Assembly: GCA_003228115.1 (NCBI GenBank)
Contig: QEVV01000006.1
Location: forward strand, 25,094 to 89,093
DNA length: 64,000 nucleotides
Direction of reading: 5' to 3'
Origin: Chloroflexota bacterium
GTDB lineage: Bacteria > Chloroflexota > Dehalococcoidia > Lucifugimonadales > SAR202-VII-2
Shown in pieces: positions 17,679 through 25,824 of this stretch (positions are counted from its first letter, which is position 1; each line of letters starts with the position of its first letter). Below the pieces are notes generated by a model, which was given only the letters and a program-made list of their open reading frames with translations, was not told where the DNA came from and ran no database searches. The position numbers and the translations under genes were made by a program.

Positions 17679-18413
17679 TCAGTCCTTCAGGGCGGGCCAC
17701 TCCTTGTACAGCCTTCCGCCCCCTTTACCGTCCACCGGATGCCTTTGGCCCAATAGCGACAGAATGTGCCACAGCATAGAAGATGCGCTGGCGACAATGG
17801 GCAACTTGAAATCGGCTTCCATACGCTCTAGGACCGGCAGAGGGTCAAGGATGGCTGCTTGAAAGTAGATGGCGTCAACCTCACCCGCCTGAGCCAAACC
17901 CTCCGTGACGAGCTTGTAGATGTCATCTGGGCCAACGTTGGCGGCTGTCCGGAAGTCGGCTGTGGGTGGGGAGCCTATGACTGATTCAATGCCTCTTTCG
18001 GAAAGGAAGCCGCGTACCATTTCGTTCAGAGGCCCGTCGAACGGAGTCATAAGCATTACCCGGCGCGCGCCCAAAGCCTTCAATCCTGCGATGGATGACT
18101 CAAGGGCAGTGGTAACAGGTATTGAAGCGTTCTTTCGAATGCTGCCTGGCAGCCCAGGGGCGTAGAGCTGAACCGGGGCACCAACGAGCACAGCGCCCTG
18201 CCAGGCAGGATGGCGCTCAAAGATGGCTTGGGCCCTCTCCACGCCAAGCTCCTCCTTCCCCACTAGTGATGTGAGCGTTCCCTCGACCAAGTCCAAAGCC
18301 TCTATCTCCAAGGTTATGTTGCCTGGGATAAGGGGTTTGACATTGTCGAAGAACGCTCCGTTTCCGCTGTAAGGGGCAAGGTAGCCAACAGTGATGTGCT
18401 GGTCCTGGGTCAT
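17679..18413 (-). CDS. Asp/Glu/hydantoin racemase superfamily protein (maleate isomerase/arylmalonate decarboxylase-like), cysteine-free
   Basis: Family pattern RRVMLMTPF...GIESV and DAIYFQAAI...PIVASASSMLW. The translation contains no Cys at all. Confidence 0.65.
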   Translation of the reverse strand: MTQDQHITVGYLAPYSGNGAFFDNVKPLIPGNITLEIEALDLVEGTLTSLVGKEELGVERAQAIFERHPAWQGAVLVGAPVQLYAPGLPGSIRKNASIPVTTALESSIAGLKALGARRVMLMTPFDGPLNEMVRGFLSERGIESVIGSPPTADFRTAANVGPDDIYKLVTEGLAQAGEVDAIYFQAAILDPLPVLERMEADFKLPIVASASSMLWHILSLLGQRHPVDGKGGGRLYKEWPALKD

Positions 18414-18519
18414 GGCAATCTCCTCTGAGCGAAATCGTTAGGCCTGAAGTCTTCGGAAGAAACACTGGGTCGCCGGAAAGCATATTGACGTCTATGGATT
18501 GTAATTGGCATCAGTGGCC

Positions 18520-19341
18520 TTAGACAGGGATGGTTGCTAAGAAACCCAGGATCGCCCGATTGAACTCTTCCGGCTTCTCTACGTTGCACATGTGGCCCGC
18601 TCCCTTGATGACCTTCAGAGAGCAGTTAGGGATATGCCGGTTCATGTACTCACCCTCTTCGACGGGCGTGCGGCCGTCCTCTTCGCCATCAATGATGGCA
18701 GTGGGCACGTGAATGTCTCTAAGACGATCCCTAATATCAACGCCAAACGACGCTCTCGAATAGGCAACGGCGGAGTGCACGGCGATCTTGTAGGACTCTG
18801 CCGTGTATTTGCGAACTAGGGCTGGATCGTAGCTAGGGGAAAACCAGTACTTGGCGTACTGGTCAAGGAAGGCCTTCATGCCCAAGGTGGCAATTTCTTC
18901 GCCGATGGCCATGTTGGGAGCGTCGCCGGCCTTATCAGGGGGGAAACCCTTCAATGGGCCCTTGGCGGGAAAGCCTGCTAGTGCCCCGACCAAGGTCAGG
19001 CTCCTCACCCTTTCCGGAGCCAGGTGGTAGAGGAATTGGCCCACGAGAGTGCCCATGGACAAGCCTACGAAGTGGACGCTATCGAAGCCTAGCTCATTCA
19101 TCATCGCCAGCACATCGCTGGCCACAAGGGCAGGGGAGTAATGCTCATCGCCTTCGGGCTTGGCCGAGTCCCCGTGACCTCGCATGTCGATAGCGATGAC
19201 GCGGTAATTGGGCGTAAGCACCGGGAGCTGGAGGTCCCAAACGTTCTTGTGACCTCCGAAGCCGTGCACCATGACGACAACATCGCCGAACCCTTCATCC
19301 AGATAGGCGATCTCCAGTCCGTTGACCTTGATTGCAGGCAT
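18520..19341 (-). CDS. Alpha/beta hydrolase (enol-lactonase/meta-cleavage hydrolase-like)
   Basis: HGFGG oxyanion motif, GLSMG nucleophile elbow, and GAGHM near the C-terminus. Confidence 0.85.
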   Translation of the reverse strand: MPAIKVNGLEIAYLDEGFGDVVVMVHGFGGHKNVWDLQLPVLTPNYRVIAIDMRGHGDSAKPEGDEHYSPALVASDVLAMMNELGFDSVHFVGLSMGTLVGQFLYHLAPERVRSLTLVGALAGFPAKGPLKGFPPDKAGDAPNMAIGEEIATLGMKAFLDQYAKYWFSPSYDPALVRKYTAESYKIAVHSAVAYSRASFGVDIRDRLRDIHVPTAIIDGEEDGRTPVEEGEYMNRHIPNCSLKVIKGAGHMCNVEKPEEFNRAILGFLATIPV

Positions 19342-19376
19342 AGCTACTCCCGATCACACGTAAGTTTCATCAAATG

Positions 19377-20138
19377 TTAGGCATTATCGATGAGTCTGCC
19401 CCAGCCGAGGCTACGAGGCTTGGCCTTCATTGCCCGAAGCGTGGCCCAGAACATGGCAAGGTCTCCTCCCACCACTGGCAACCCCGTGTCCTCCTCAAGC
19501 TCTTTTGCCAGACCAATGAGACGCAAGCCACCACCGAGAACCACTATAGCTTCGGTGGAATCCGGGGCCCGCCTCGCTGTCTCCCGCACGGCTGCACAGG
19601 TCGGGGCAGGGTCATGGTCCCAGGCAAGCCGGTCCTGTTCCTCGATTGAGCCCACGATTCCTTGTTGAATCCAGCCTTCTTGATAAACAACTTCGAACCC
19701 GTTCGACTCGAGTCCAGAGCGGGCCATTTTCGCCCAATCGGCTGCCGTGTAGTAACCACCGGCAACCGCCACACGGCGCGCGCCAAATTCTGCAAGGGCC
19801 TCCAACATGGCAACACCCATCAGCACCACGGGCACGCCCGCTGCGCTGGCAACGCACGCCTGAATGGCGTGTGCATCCGGACCGTGGGTAAGAGAGAATG
19901 GAACGCCAAACTGAGCCACGATATCGGCTCCGGCGTCAGCAAGGTCGCGGGCCGCATCGTTCATCCCAGGCACCGCAGCCTTGATGACATCAAGCGAGAA
20001 GCCAGCCATCGTCTTGCCAAGAAGCGTTGCGGGTATGAAGGCGCCTGCTACTTCCGTGCCTTCGGGCGCTAAGCGGAGGAAGTCAGTGGGGGCGCTGTTG
20101 AACCAGCGCTTGGGGCCGAGAAACCCTATCTTGGCCAT
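19377..20138 (-). CDS. Asp/Glu/hydantoin racemase superfamily protein, second paralog
   Basis: RRVAVAGGYY...GFEVV and EAIVVLGGGLRLIG...PVVGGDLAMFW. The internal ATG 20138 (MAKIGFLG) removes the overlap with the upstream gene. Confidence 0.65.
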   Translation of the reverse strand: MAKIGFLGPKRWFNSAPTDFLRLAPEGTEVAGAFIPATLLGKTMAGFSLDVIKAAVPGMNDAARDLADAGADIVAQFGVPFSLTHGPDAHAIQACVASAAGVPVVLMGVAMLEALAEFGARRVAVAGGYYTAADWAKMARSGLESNGFEVVYQEGWIQQGIVGSIEEQDRLAWDHDPAPTCAAVRETARRAPDSTEAIVVLGGGLRLIGLAKELEEDTGLPVVGGDLAMFWATLRAMKAKPRSLGWGRLIDNA

Positions 20139-20163
20139 TGCATCGAGTCCGGTGGGCCGGACT

Positions 20164-20583
20164 CTACCTCTCCATAAGTAGCTGGCCGCCGTAGGTCTCA
20201 ACCTTGTCCACCTCGACGATGACAGCAACGCCCTTCTTCTCTGGATCCCTACCTTGCTCGAATTCGACGACCCGATCCCACACCTGCTCGCGAAGGTCTC
20301 CGCTTTCGATGACCGTTGCCCGACCGTAAAACTTCCATCCGATTCTGGCGTCCCTGTTCATGAACATCACGGCTATCTTCGGATTCTTGCTGACGTTGGC
20401 AAGGCCGTCTCGTTTGGATCTCTCCCAGTAGGCTAGGCGATCGGCGTCGAAGACCATGGTGCTGCCCCGGTAGCCGATGCTAGGCCACCCGTCCGGATCA
20501 GAGGCAGTCATGATGCAGGGGAAGCCGCTGGCCAGTGCAGCGTTCACGTTCTCAGCCATCTCTTCGGTTAGCTCAATTGCCAT
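20164..20583 (-). CDS. Pyridoxamine 5'-phosphate oxidase-like split-barrel flavoprotein
   Basis: 139 aa with a PNPOx/FMN-binding split-barrel sequence pattern (GWPSIGYRGS...IAVMFMNRD...). GGGAG RBS. Confidence 0.7.
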   Translation of the reverse strand: MAIELTEEMAENVNAALASGFPCIMTASDPDGWPSIGYRGSTMVFDADRLAYWERSKRDGLANVSKNPKIAVMFMNRDARIGWKFYGRATVIESGDLREQVWDRVVEFEQGRDPEKKGVAVIVEVDKVETYGGQLLMER

Positions 20584-20605
20584 CGATAGTTCTCCCAGGT
20601 CTAGA

Positions 20606-21529
20606 CTAGCTTGGAATTGCTTCTTTTTGGGTTATCACGGACACCCTTCCCGCGGGCGTGCTCGGATCGGGTTGATAAAGGTGCTCACGCCCTGGAGCCA
20701 GCTGCTCCATATACAAGACTTCTTCAAAGCCCTGGAATCTGATGGCTACTGCGTAGTAATAGTCTAGGGGCAGGTGGAGCTTAGCCACGCCCTTAGCGTT
20801 GGTGACGAAGCGGCCATGACCCGCAACTACAACTACCGCGCCAGGAACTGGAACGCCCTCTTGGTCAAGGATTTGCAACCTTGCGGCCCTCCTTGGAAAC
20901 AGCATACCGCTGGCCCACCGTCTGAGCTGCACAAAAGGCCCAGGCGTTGGCCCTGGTCCAATATTGTCGACTACGTCTTTCTCATACCCTATGTGCTTCG
21001 GTGTCCGCCAGTCAGGTCCGTACTTGAGCTGCAGATACTCTTCCGGCGGATTGGGAACCCTGAACTTCGTGCCTAGGAAGTCTATCTCCTTGAGCTGGTC
21101 GAAGAGCCGGACCGGAAGCACAACGCCCGGATAAATATGAACCTGTCCCTTTATGGGACGGAAGAAGGTCAGGGACATCATGTGCCTGTTCTTCAACATA
21201 CCCAGGTAGACGTGCGTATCGAATTCGTCCCTCTTTACGTAATAGTCCGCTTCCCGGAAAGCCGCGATGATGGGCTCAATCATTGCCTCTGAGAAGCCAT
21301 GCAGACCGAAGGTCGTCCCAAGGTCAATGTCATCATCCCAGGGAATGATCCCGCCTTCTCTTATGGCGCCGAGGCATATCCCATCGCGCAGATAGAAAGT
21401 TACCCCAAGCTCATCAAGGATGCCCTTTGCCTCTAGTAGAATCGCACCGGCAATAGCGGGATCCATAGCAGGGAGTGTTTTGATCAGCTCTTCAAGGATT
21501 GCTTCGTTTTCGACGTCGCTTAACGCCAT
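20606..21529 (-). CDS. LicD-family (phosphocholine/phospho-alcohol) transferase with a C-terminal extension
   Basis: DGICLGAIREGGIIPWDDDIDLG is the LicD signature. About 100 extra C-terminal residues resemble a carboxypeptidase-regulatory-like beta-sandwich. ATG 21529 is preferred because track start 21574 overlaps the upstream gene. Confidence 0.75.
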   Translation of the reverse strand: MALSDVENEAILEELIKTLPAMDPAIAGAILLEAKGILDELGVTFYLRDGICLGAIREGGIIPWDDDIDLGTTFGLHGFSEAMIEPIIAAFREADYYVKRDEFDTHVYLGMLKNRHMMSLTFFRPIKGQVHIYPGVVLPVRLFDQLKEIDFLGTKFRVPNPPEEYLQLKYGPDWRTPKHIGYEKDVVDNIGPGPTPGPFVQLRRWASGMLFPRRAARLQILDQEGVPVPGAVVVVAGHGRFVTNAKGVAKLHLPLDYYYAVAIRFQGFEEVLYMEQLAPGREHLYQPDPSTPAGRVSVITQKEAIPS

Positions 21530-21539
21530 CGGTACTGCC

Positions 21540-22283
21540 TTATAACTGAACGGTGGTGAATAAATCCTCTGCATTCGCTAGGTCTTCCTTCGTGTCGACC
21601 TCTATCCAGCGGCGATTCCCCGTCTGGTGCACACCCAGTTGAATCTTGCCCTCGCTGATGAGGCCTGCGAGAACCGCTTCATAAAACTGTTCGGTGAGCC
21701 CCTCGGTCACAAACCAGTCAAGCTTCGGAAGAAAGTGCTCCCGCATGGTGCCTTGCGAGATCTTGTAGATGTTCACGGTCTTCAGGGCATCGTTGTAGCG
21801 AAAACCCGCTGACTGATTGGCCCCCAGCACCAGGGAAGTTGCTACACCGTGCTCGGAAAGTATTACCGTTCCATTCATGAACGGCTGGAACGCCTCAACC
21901 ACGGCGGCATCGGCGTGGGGCTGACCCATAAGGTCAGTGATAAGCTCTGGTTCAAAGAGAAGGTCCCCGTCGAGCAACAGAATGTCGTCTGCCAATAGGT
22001 GCCGGGCCAGCCACAACGAGTAGATGTTATTGGTTTTCAGGTGCTCTTCGTTGGTAACGTAGGTAAGCCGCATGTCTCCGAACATGGCGCCGAACCGTTC
22101 CCGGACCAACTCGCAGAGATAGCCGACGACAATGACACAGTGATCAACGCCAACTTGCTGTAGAGATGCCAGCTCGTGTTCCAGAATCGGCTTCCCAAGC
22201 ACTTCTACCAAGCACTTGGGCACCCGGTTAGTTAGTGGCCGCAGCCTGGTTCCGCCACCTGCCGCTAGGATGACTGCCTTCAT
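21540..22283 (-). CDS. LicC-like nucleotidyltransferase (cytidylyltransferase family)
   Basis: MKAVILAAGGGTRLRP, VVGYL and NNIYSLWL match the LicC-type pattern. Its ATG overlaps the upstream stop (ATGA). Confidence 0.8.
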   Translation of the reverse strand: MKAVILAAGGGTRLRPLTNRVPKCLVEVLGKPILEHELASLQQVGVDHCVIVVGYLCELVRERFGAMFGDMRLTYVTNEEHLKTNNIYSLWLARHLLADDILLLDGDLLFEPELITDLMGQPHADAAVVEAFQPFMNGTVILSEHGVATSLVLGANQSAGFRYNDALKTVNIYKISQGTMREHFLPKLDWFVTEGLTEQFYEAVLAGLISEGKIQLGVHQTGNRRWIEVDTKEDLANAEDLFTTVQL

Positions 22284-23395
22284 TTCTCCGCTCTCCTGCC
22301 CAGACGAGCCTCTTCCCCAGCCATGCCCGAGCTTAGCGATAGGAGAGCATCGATTAGCTCTGCGTTCTCTTCCTTGGTGCGGGAAGCCATCCTGACATAC
22401 TGACCATCAAGGCCACTCTTGCCGCCGCAGTCGTTAATCAATATGTTGCATTCATCGAATAGGCGTGCAGTCAAATCTGAGCCCGTTGAGCCCCCGACGA
22501 CTCGGCTAAGGACGTAATTGCCCTCGCTTGCGTAGGGGTGAAGGTAGGGAACGGTTTGTAACCCGGCGAACAAGGCGTCGGTCGCCTGTCTCACCAGTTC
22601 GCAGGACTCGACGAACTCTGATCGATACGCTTCTAGCTCCTCCAAGAACGCCTGAGCCAGAGAGTTGATGCTCCAAATGGGAATGGCGCTACGGAGTTCG
22701 GCCACGACTTCTTCTTTGCCAGAAACGGCATATCCCAATCGCAGTCCCGGAATGCCATAGGCCTTGGAGAGGCTCTTCAGGATAACGAGGTTAGGAAACT
22801 CGAAGATCGCATCCATCACAGACGGCGAAAGACCCTGGCTGGAGAAGTCGAGAAAGGACTCGTCCACCAAAACGAGATCGAGATGGCGGAGGGACTCAAG
22901 GAGATGCAGGACCTCTTGCCGGGAGACGAGCTTGCCGGAGGGGTTATTGGGGTTAATCACCAACGCAGCATTGGCATGAGTGTCTTGTACATGCCTAACG
23001 AACGCCGGCACGTCCAACTCGAAGTCTCCGTCGAGCTGGTACGGACTTACCCGCTTGCCTTCGATCACTGCTCTGTTCACGAACTCATCGAAGGTGGGCA
23101 CTGCCACTGCCAGGTGCTCTACGAAACGACTGGCGATAGCCGTAATTAGTTCGCTCGCTCCGTTGGCCACCACGACTTGCTCATGTGTCAAACCCAGGGG
23201 TTCGGCGGCCAAGGAGGAAATGTGCCCGTTGGTAGAAGGGTAGGAGGAGACAAGCTCCTTTAGCCGCAGTCCGAGGGAATCGAACATTCCCTGCGGGGGA
23301 AAGTAGCGGTTGGTCATGTAGCAGAAGTCTTTGACCTCGTAGTTCCAGAAACCTCCGTATCGGGAGGCTACGTCTTTCACATTCAGTCGACTCAT
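22280..23395 (-). CDS. Class I/II PLP-dependent aminotransferase/decarboxylase (HisC/CobD-like)
   Basis: NPNNPSGK and SLSKAYGIPGLRLGY (PLP Lys) motifs. ATG 23395 follows GGAG. The track start 23632 overlaps the HyuB gene and is unlikely. Confidence 0.8.
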   Translation of the reverse strand: MSRLNVKDVASRYGGFWNYEVKDFCYMTNRYFPPQGMFDSLGLRLKELVSSYPSTNGHISSLAAEPLGLTHEQVVVANGASELITAIASRFVEHLAVAVPTFDEFVNRAVIEGKRVSPYQLDGDFELDVPAFVRHVQDTHANAALVINPNNPSGKLVSRQEVLHLLESLRHLDLVLVDESFLDFSSQGLSPSVMDAIFEFPNLVILKSLSKAYGIPGLRLGYAVSGKEEVVAELRSAIPIWSINSLAQAFLEELEAYRSEFVESCELVRQATDALFAGLQTVPYLHPYASEGNYVLSRVVGGSTGSDLTARLFDECNILINDCGGKSGLDGQYVRMASRTKEENAELIDALLSLSSGMAGEEARLGRRAEK

Positions 23396-23532
23396 AGGTT
23401 TGCACTCCGAATCACGCCCCGTTTGGGGGGCACAGGAGCACTCTATCACGTTCGCGATGTGACCATTCCCAGGTTCCAGGCGTGGTCGTGAGGCGAATTG
23501 ATGAATTGGAACACGTGGCTGAATTACCCCGG

Positions 23533-25773
23533 CTATTGCGGAGTTAGCCAAAAGTCCTGATATGGCTCGTCTGACTCCGCAATGGCAGGGCAGACCACGT
23601 CGCTTTGCAGTAAGACCCCGCACCCAGGGCAATAGAACCTGTGGAACTCGCCAATGTAAGGCTCACCCGAAGGCATCCTTTGCCCCGCCAGGTCCTCAAG
23701 GCTTTCAACCACCCTGGAGCTGTAGGACTTATAGTTCTCGTCAGCTCCGCAGAATAGGTGTCCACAGTCCGAACAGCGAATGGCAAGGTCATTGCCGGAG
23801 GCCGCTACTTCCAAGGTCTCGTGGAACTGGAGGAAGGGCTCCCAAATAGCGGACTTTCGTTCCAGCGATAGAGACGATGTTTGACCCGAATGAGAAGCTG
23901 CGGCCGACCGCTCCTTGCGTATACGCGCCCGAAGGGCCTCCGTCGCCTTTTCTTCCAGTGCAAATGATTCAGAGCCAACAATAACGCCAAACAACTTCTC
24001 AGCCATCCGTACCGAAACGATTCCATCGCGGACATCTTTGACCACACGCCAAGACTCCCTTTGGACGGGGTCCCCATAGCCTGCGCCACCGGCAGCAAAG
24101 TCAGTGACGATGGAGTACTCCGGTAGCGGAGATCGTCCGAGCATTTCGGGCGAGTGTTTAACCGTGCCCCATCCCTCCTTCTCCAACTGTTCGGGCCTGA
24201 TGGGGTAGGGCTCCTTCTTTAAGCGTTCGATTATGGAAGAGCCCTCCGTGTGGAACACACCTCGAGTGCCGCCAACACCCGATGGTAGACCGCCGAAAAG
24301 CCCGGCCCCTTCAGGAATGCCGCCGTAGGGCATGTAGTTCACCGTCGTGTCCTGAGAGCCGTAGATCATATACATGCGGTAGCTTCCGGCCCCACCGATG
24401 AACTTTCCCGCTCCGCCGCCGTCCCGGTGGAAGTTCCGAGTGAAGTACAAGAACGGGTACTGCATTTCAATGCGCTCGACGTCGCTGATCCCGCCGGAAG
24501 GAATGTTCATGTTCCCCCCGCAAGGAACGCCGTCACGGTCCGGGGTTGCCCCCAGGCCGGAGCCGTGACCGTCGTAGAGCCCCTGAGCCGTCACCATCCC
24601 TGCACGATTGTGGCCGCCGTAGAAGGACAGGGGGCCGCCGCTGTACCAAATGCCCTGCCAGGGAGCGTTGATGTCGTCGGATTGACCTCCGGCGTAGAGC
24701 ATCTTAGCTATGCACTCGCTAGCCGCCATTTTTGCGGTGACACCTACGCCCGGAGCACCGCCGCAAGCAGCAGGGAATGTGCAGTTCAGGATGCTCCCTT
24801 CCGGCGCCGATGATTTCACAGGGGCAAACTTCCCATCGCTCCAAGGGACGTCCCAGAACAAAAAGTCCGTCAGAACCACCGCCAATTGGGCCATCGTCCC
24901 TGCCCACGATGAGTTGGTGGTGTCAGTCATTTGGCCACTGGAGCCCGTGAAGTCGAACGACAACTCGTCATCCTGCTTGGTCATGGTGCAGGCGACGAGA
25001 TAGGGCTGAACCCCGCCGTTGACCCGGTCCCAAGCGGTCCCGTAGGCGTGCGAGGCCCAGGTGCCATTTGGCAAGCCCCGGAGCTTGGCCCTGGCCATCC
25101 GTTCAGAGTCCTCGATGATCTTTTCACCAGCCATTTGGATGAAGTCGACCCCGAACTTGCCTACTAGCTCAAGGTAGCGCTTGGAGCAGACGTTGTTGGA
25201 CGTAATCATCGACTTCATATCCAGACCAACATAGCCCGGGTCCCGGCACTGCTCCGTGATGCAACGAAACACGTCTTCGCGAAACTCGCCCTTCTCGACC
25301 AGCTTCAGGCCCTGAATCCGTATGCCCTCGTGGAAGATCTCAGTGGCCAGTCCCCGCATGACGCCGCCGGTGTCGGCCGTATGGATGCTGGAAGCCAGCC
25401 AGCCTATAAGCTCCCCGGCGTGGAACATGGGCTTGACGATCATCATGTCGTAGGTGTGAGCGCCGGCGATGTACGGGTCGTTGAAGAACAGTTGGTCTCC
25501 CTCGAAGAAACCAGGGCTGTCCGCATACCATTCGATCAGCTTCTTGATGGCGTCTGAGGTGGCCGCGGCAAAGCGGAGGTGGCCGGAACAAGCCAGCACC
25601 ATGACGCCGTCTTTGTTATAAAACGAACTCATGCATTCGCCGCCCTGGGACACGATGGGGGACGCGGTGACCTGCTGGAGCGATGTCCGTCCCTCCTCAC
25701 CGATGGCCCATAGGCGGTGCAGAAACATCTCATATTTAACTGGGTCCAGTTGAGCAGTTACAGCGGTTACCAT
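23533..25773 (-). CDS. Hydantoinase B/oxoprolinase family protein, acetone-carboxylase-alpha-like, with a C-terminal Cys4 module
   Basis: HyuB-type N-terminus LDPVKYEMFLHRLWAIGEEG. The C-terminus carries CSDCGHLFC...CPGCG. ATG 25773 follows GGAGGG. Confidence 0.85.
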   Translation of the reverse strand: MVTAVTAQLDPVKYEMFLHRLWAIGEEGRTSLQQVTASPIVSQGGECMSSFYNKDGVMVLACSGHLRFAAATSDAIKKLIEWYADSPGFFEGDQLFFNDPYIAGAHTYDMMIVKPMFHAGELIGWLASSIHTADTGGVMRGLATEIFHEGIRIQGLKLVEKGEFREDVFRCITEQCRDPGYVGLDMKSMITSNNVCSKRYLELVGKFGVDFIQMAGEKIIEDSERMARAKLRGLPNGTWASHAYGTAWDRVNGGVQPYLVACTMTKQDDELSFDFTGSSGQMTDTTNSSWAGTMAQLAVVLTDFLFWDVPWSDGKFAPVKSSAPEGSILNCTFPAACGGAPGVGVTAKMAASECIAKMLYAGGQSDDINAPWQGIWYSGGPLSFYGGHNRAGMVTAQGLYDGHGSGLGATPDRDGVPCGGNMNIPSGGISDVERIEMQYPFLYFTRNFHRDGGGAGKFIGGAGSYRMYMIYGSQDTTVNYMPYGGIPEGAGLFGGLPSGVGGTRGVFHTEGSSIIERLKKEPYPIRPEQLEKEGWGTVKHSPEMLGRSPLPEYSIVTDFAAGGAGYGDPVQRESWRVVKDVRDGIVSVRMAEKLFGVIVGSESFALEEKATEALRARIRKERSAAASHSGQTSSLSLERKSAIWEPFLQFHETLEVAASGNDLAIRCSDCGHLFCGADENYKSYSSRVVESLEDLAGQRMPSGEPYIGEFHRFYCPGCGVLLQSDVVCPAIAESDEPYQDFWLTPQ

Positions 25774-25824
25774 ATTCCCTCCATGATGATTGTTGAGGCG
25801 CTCATATGAGCCCTCCAGCAACTT

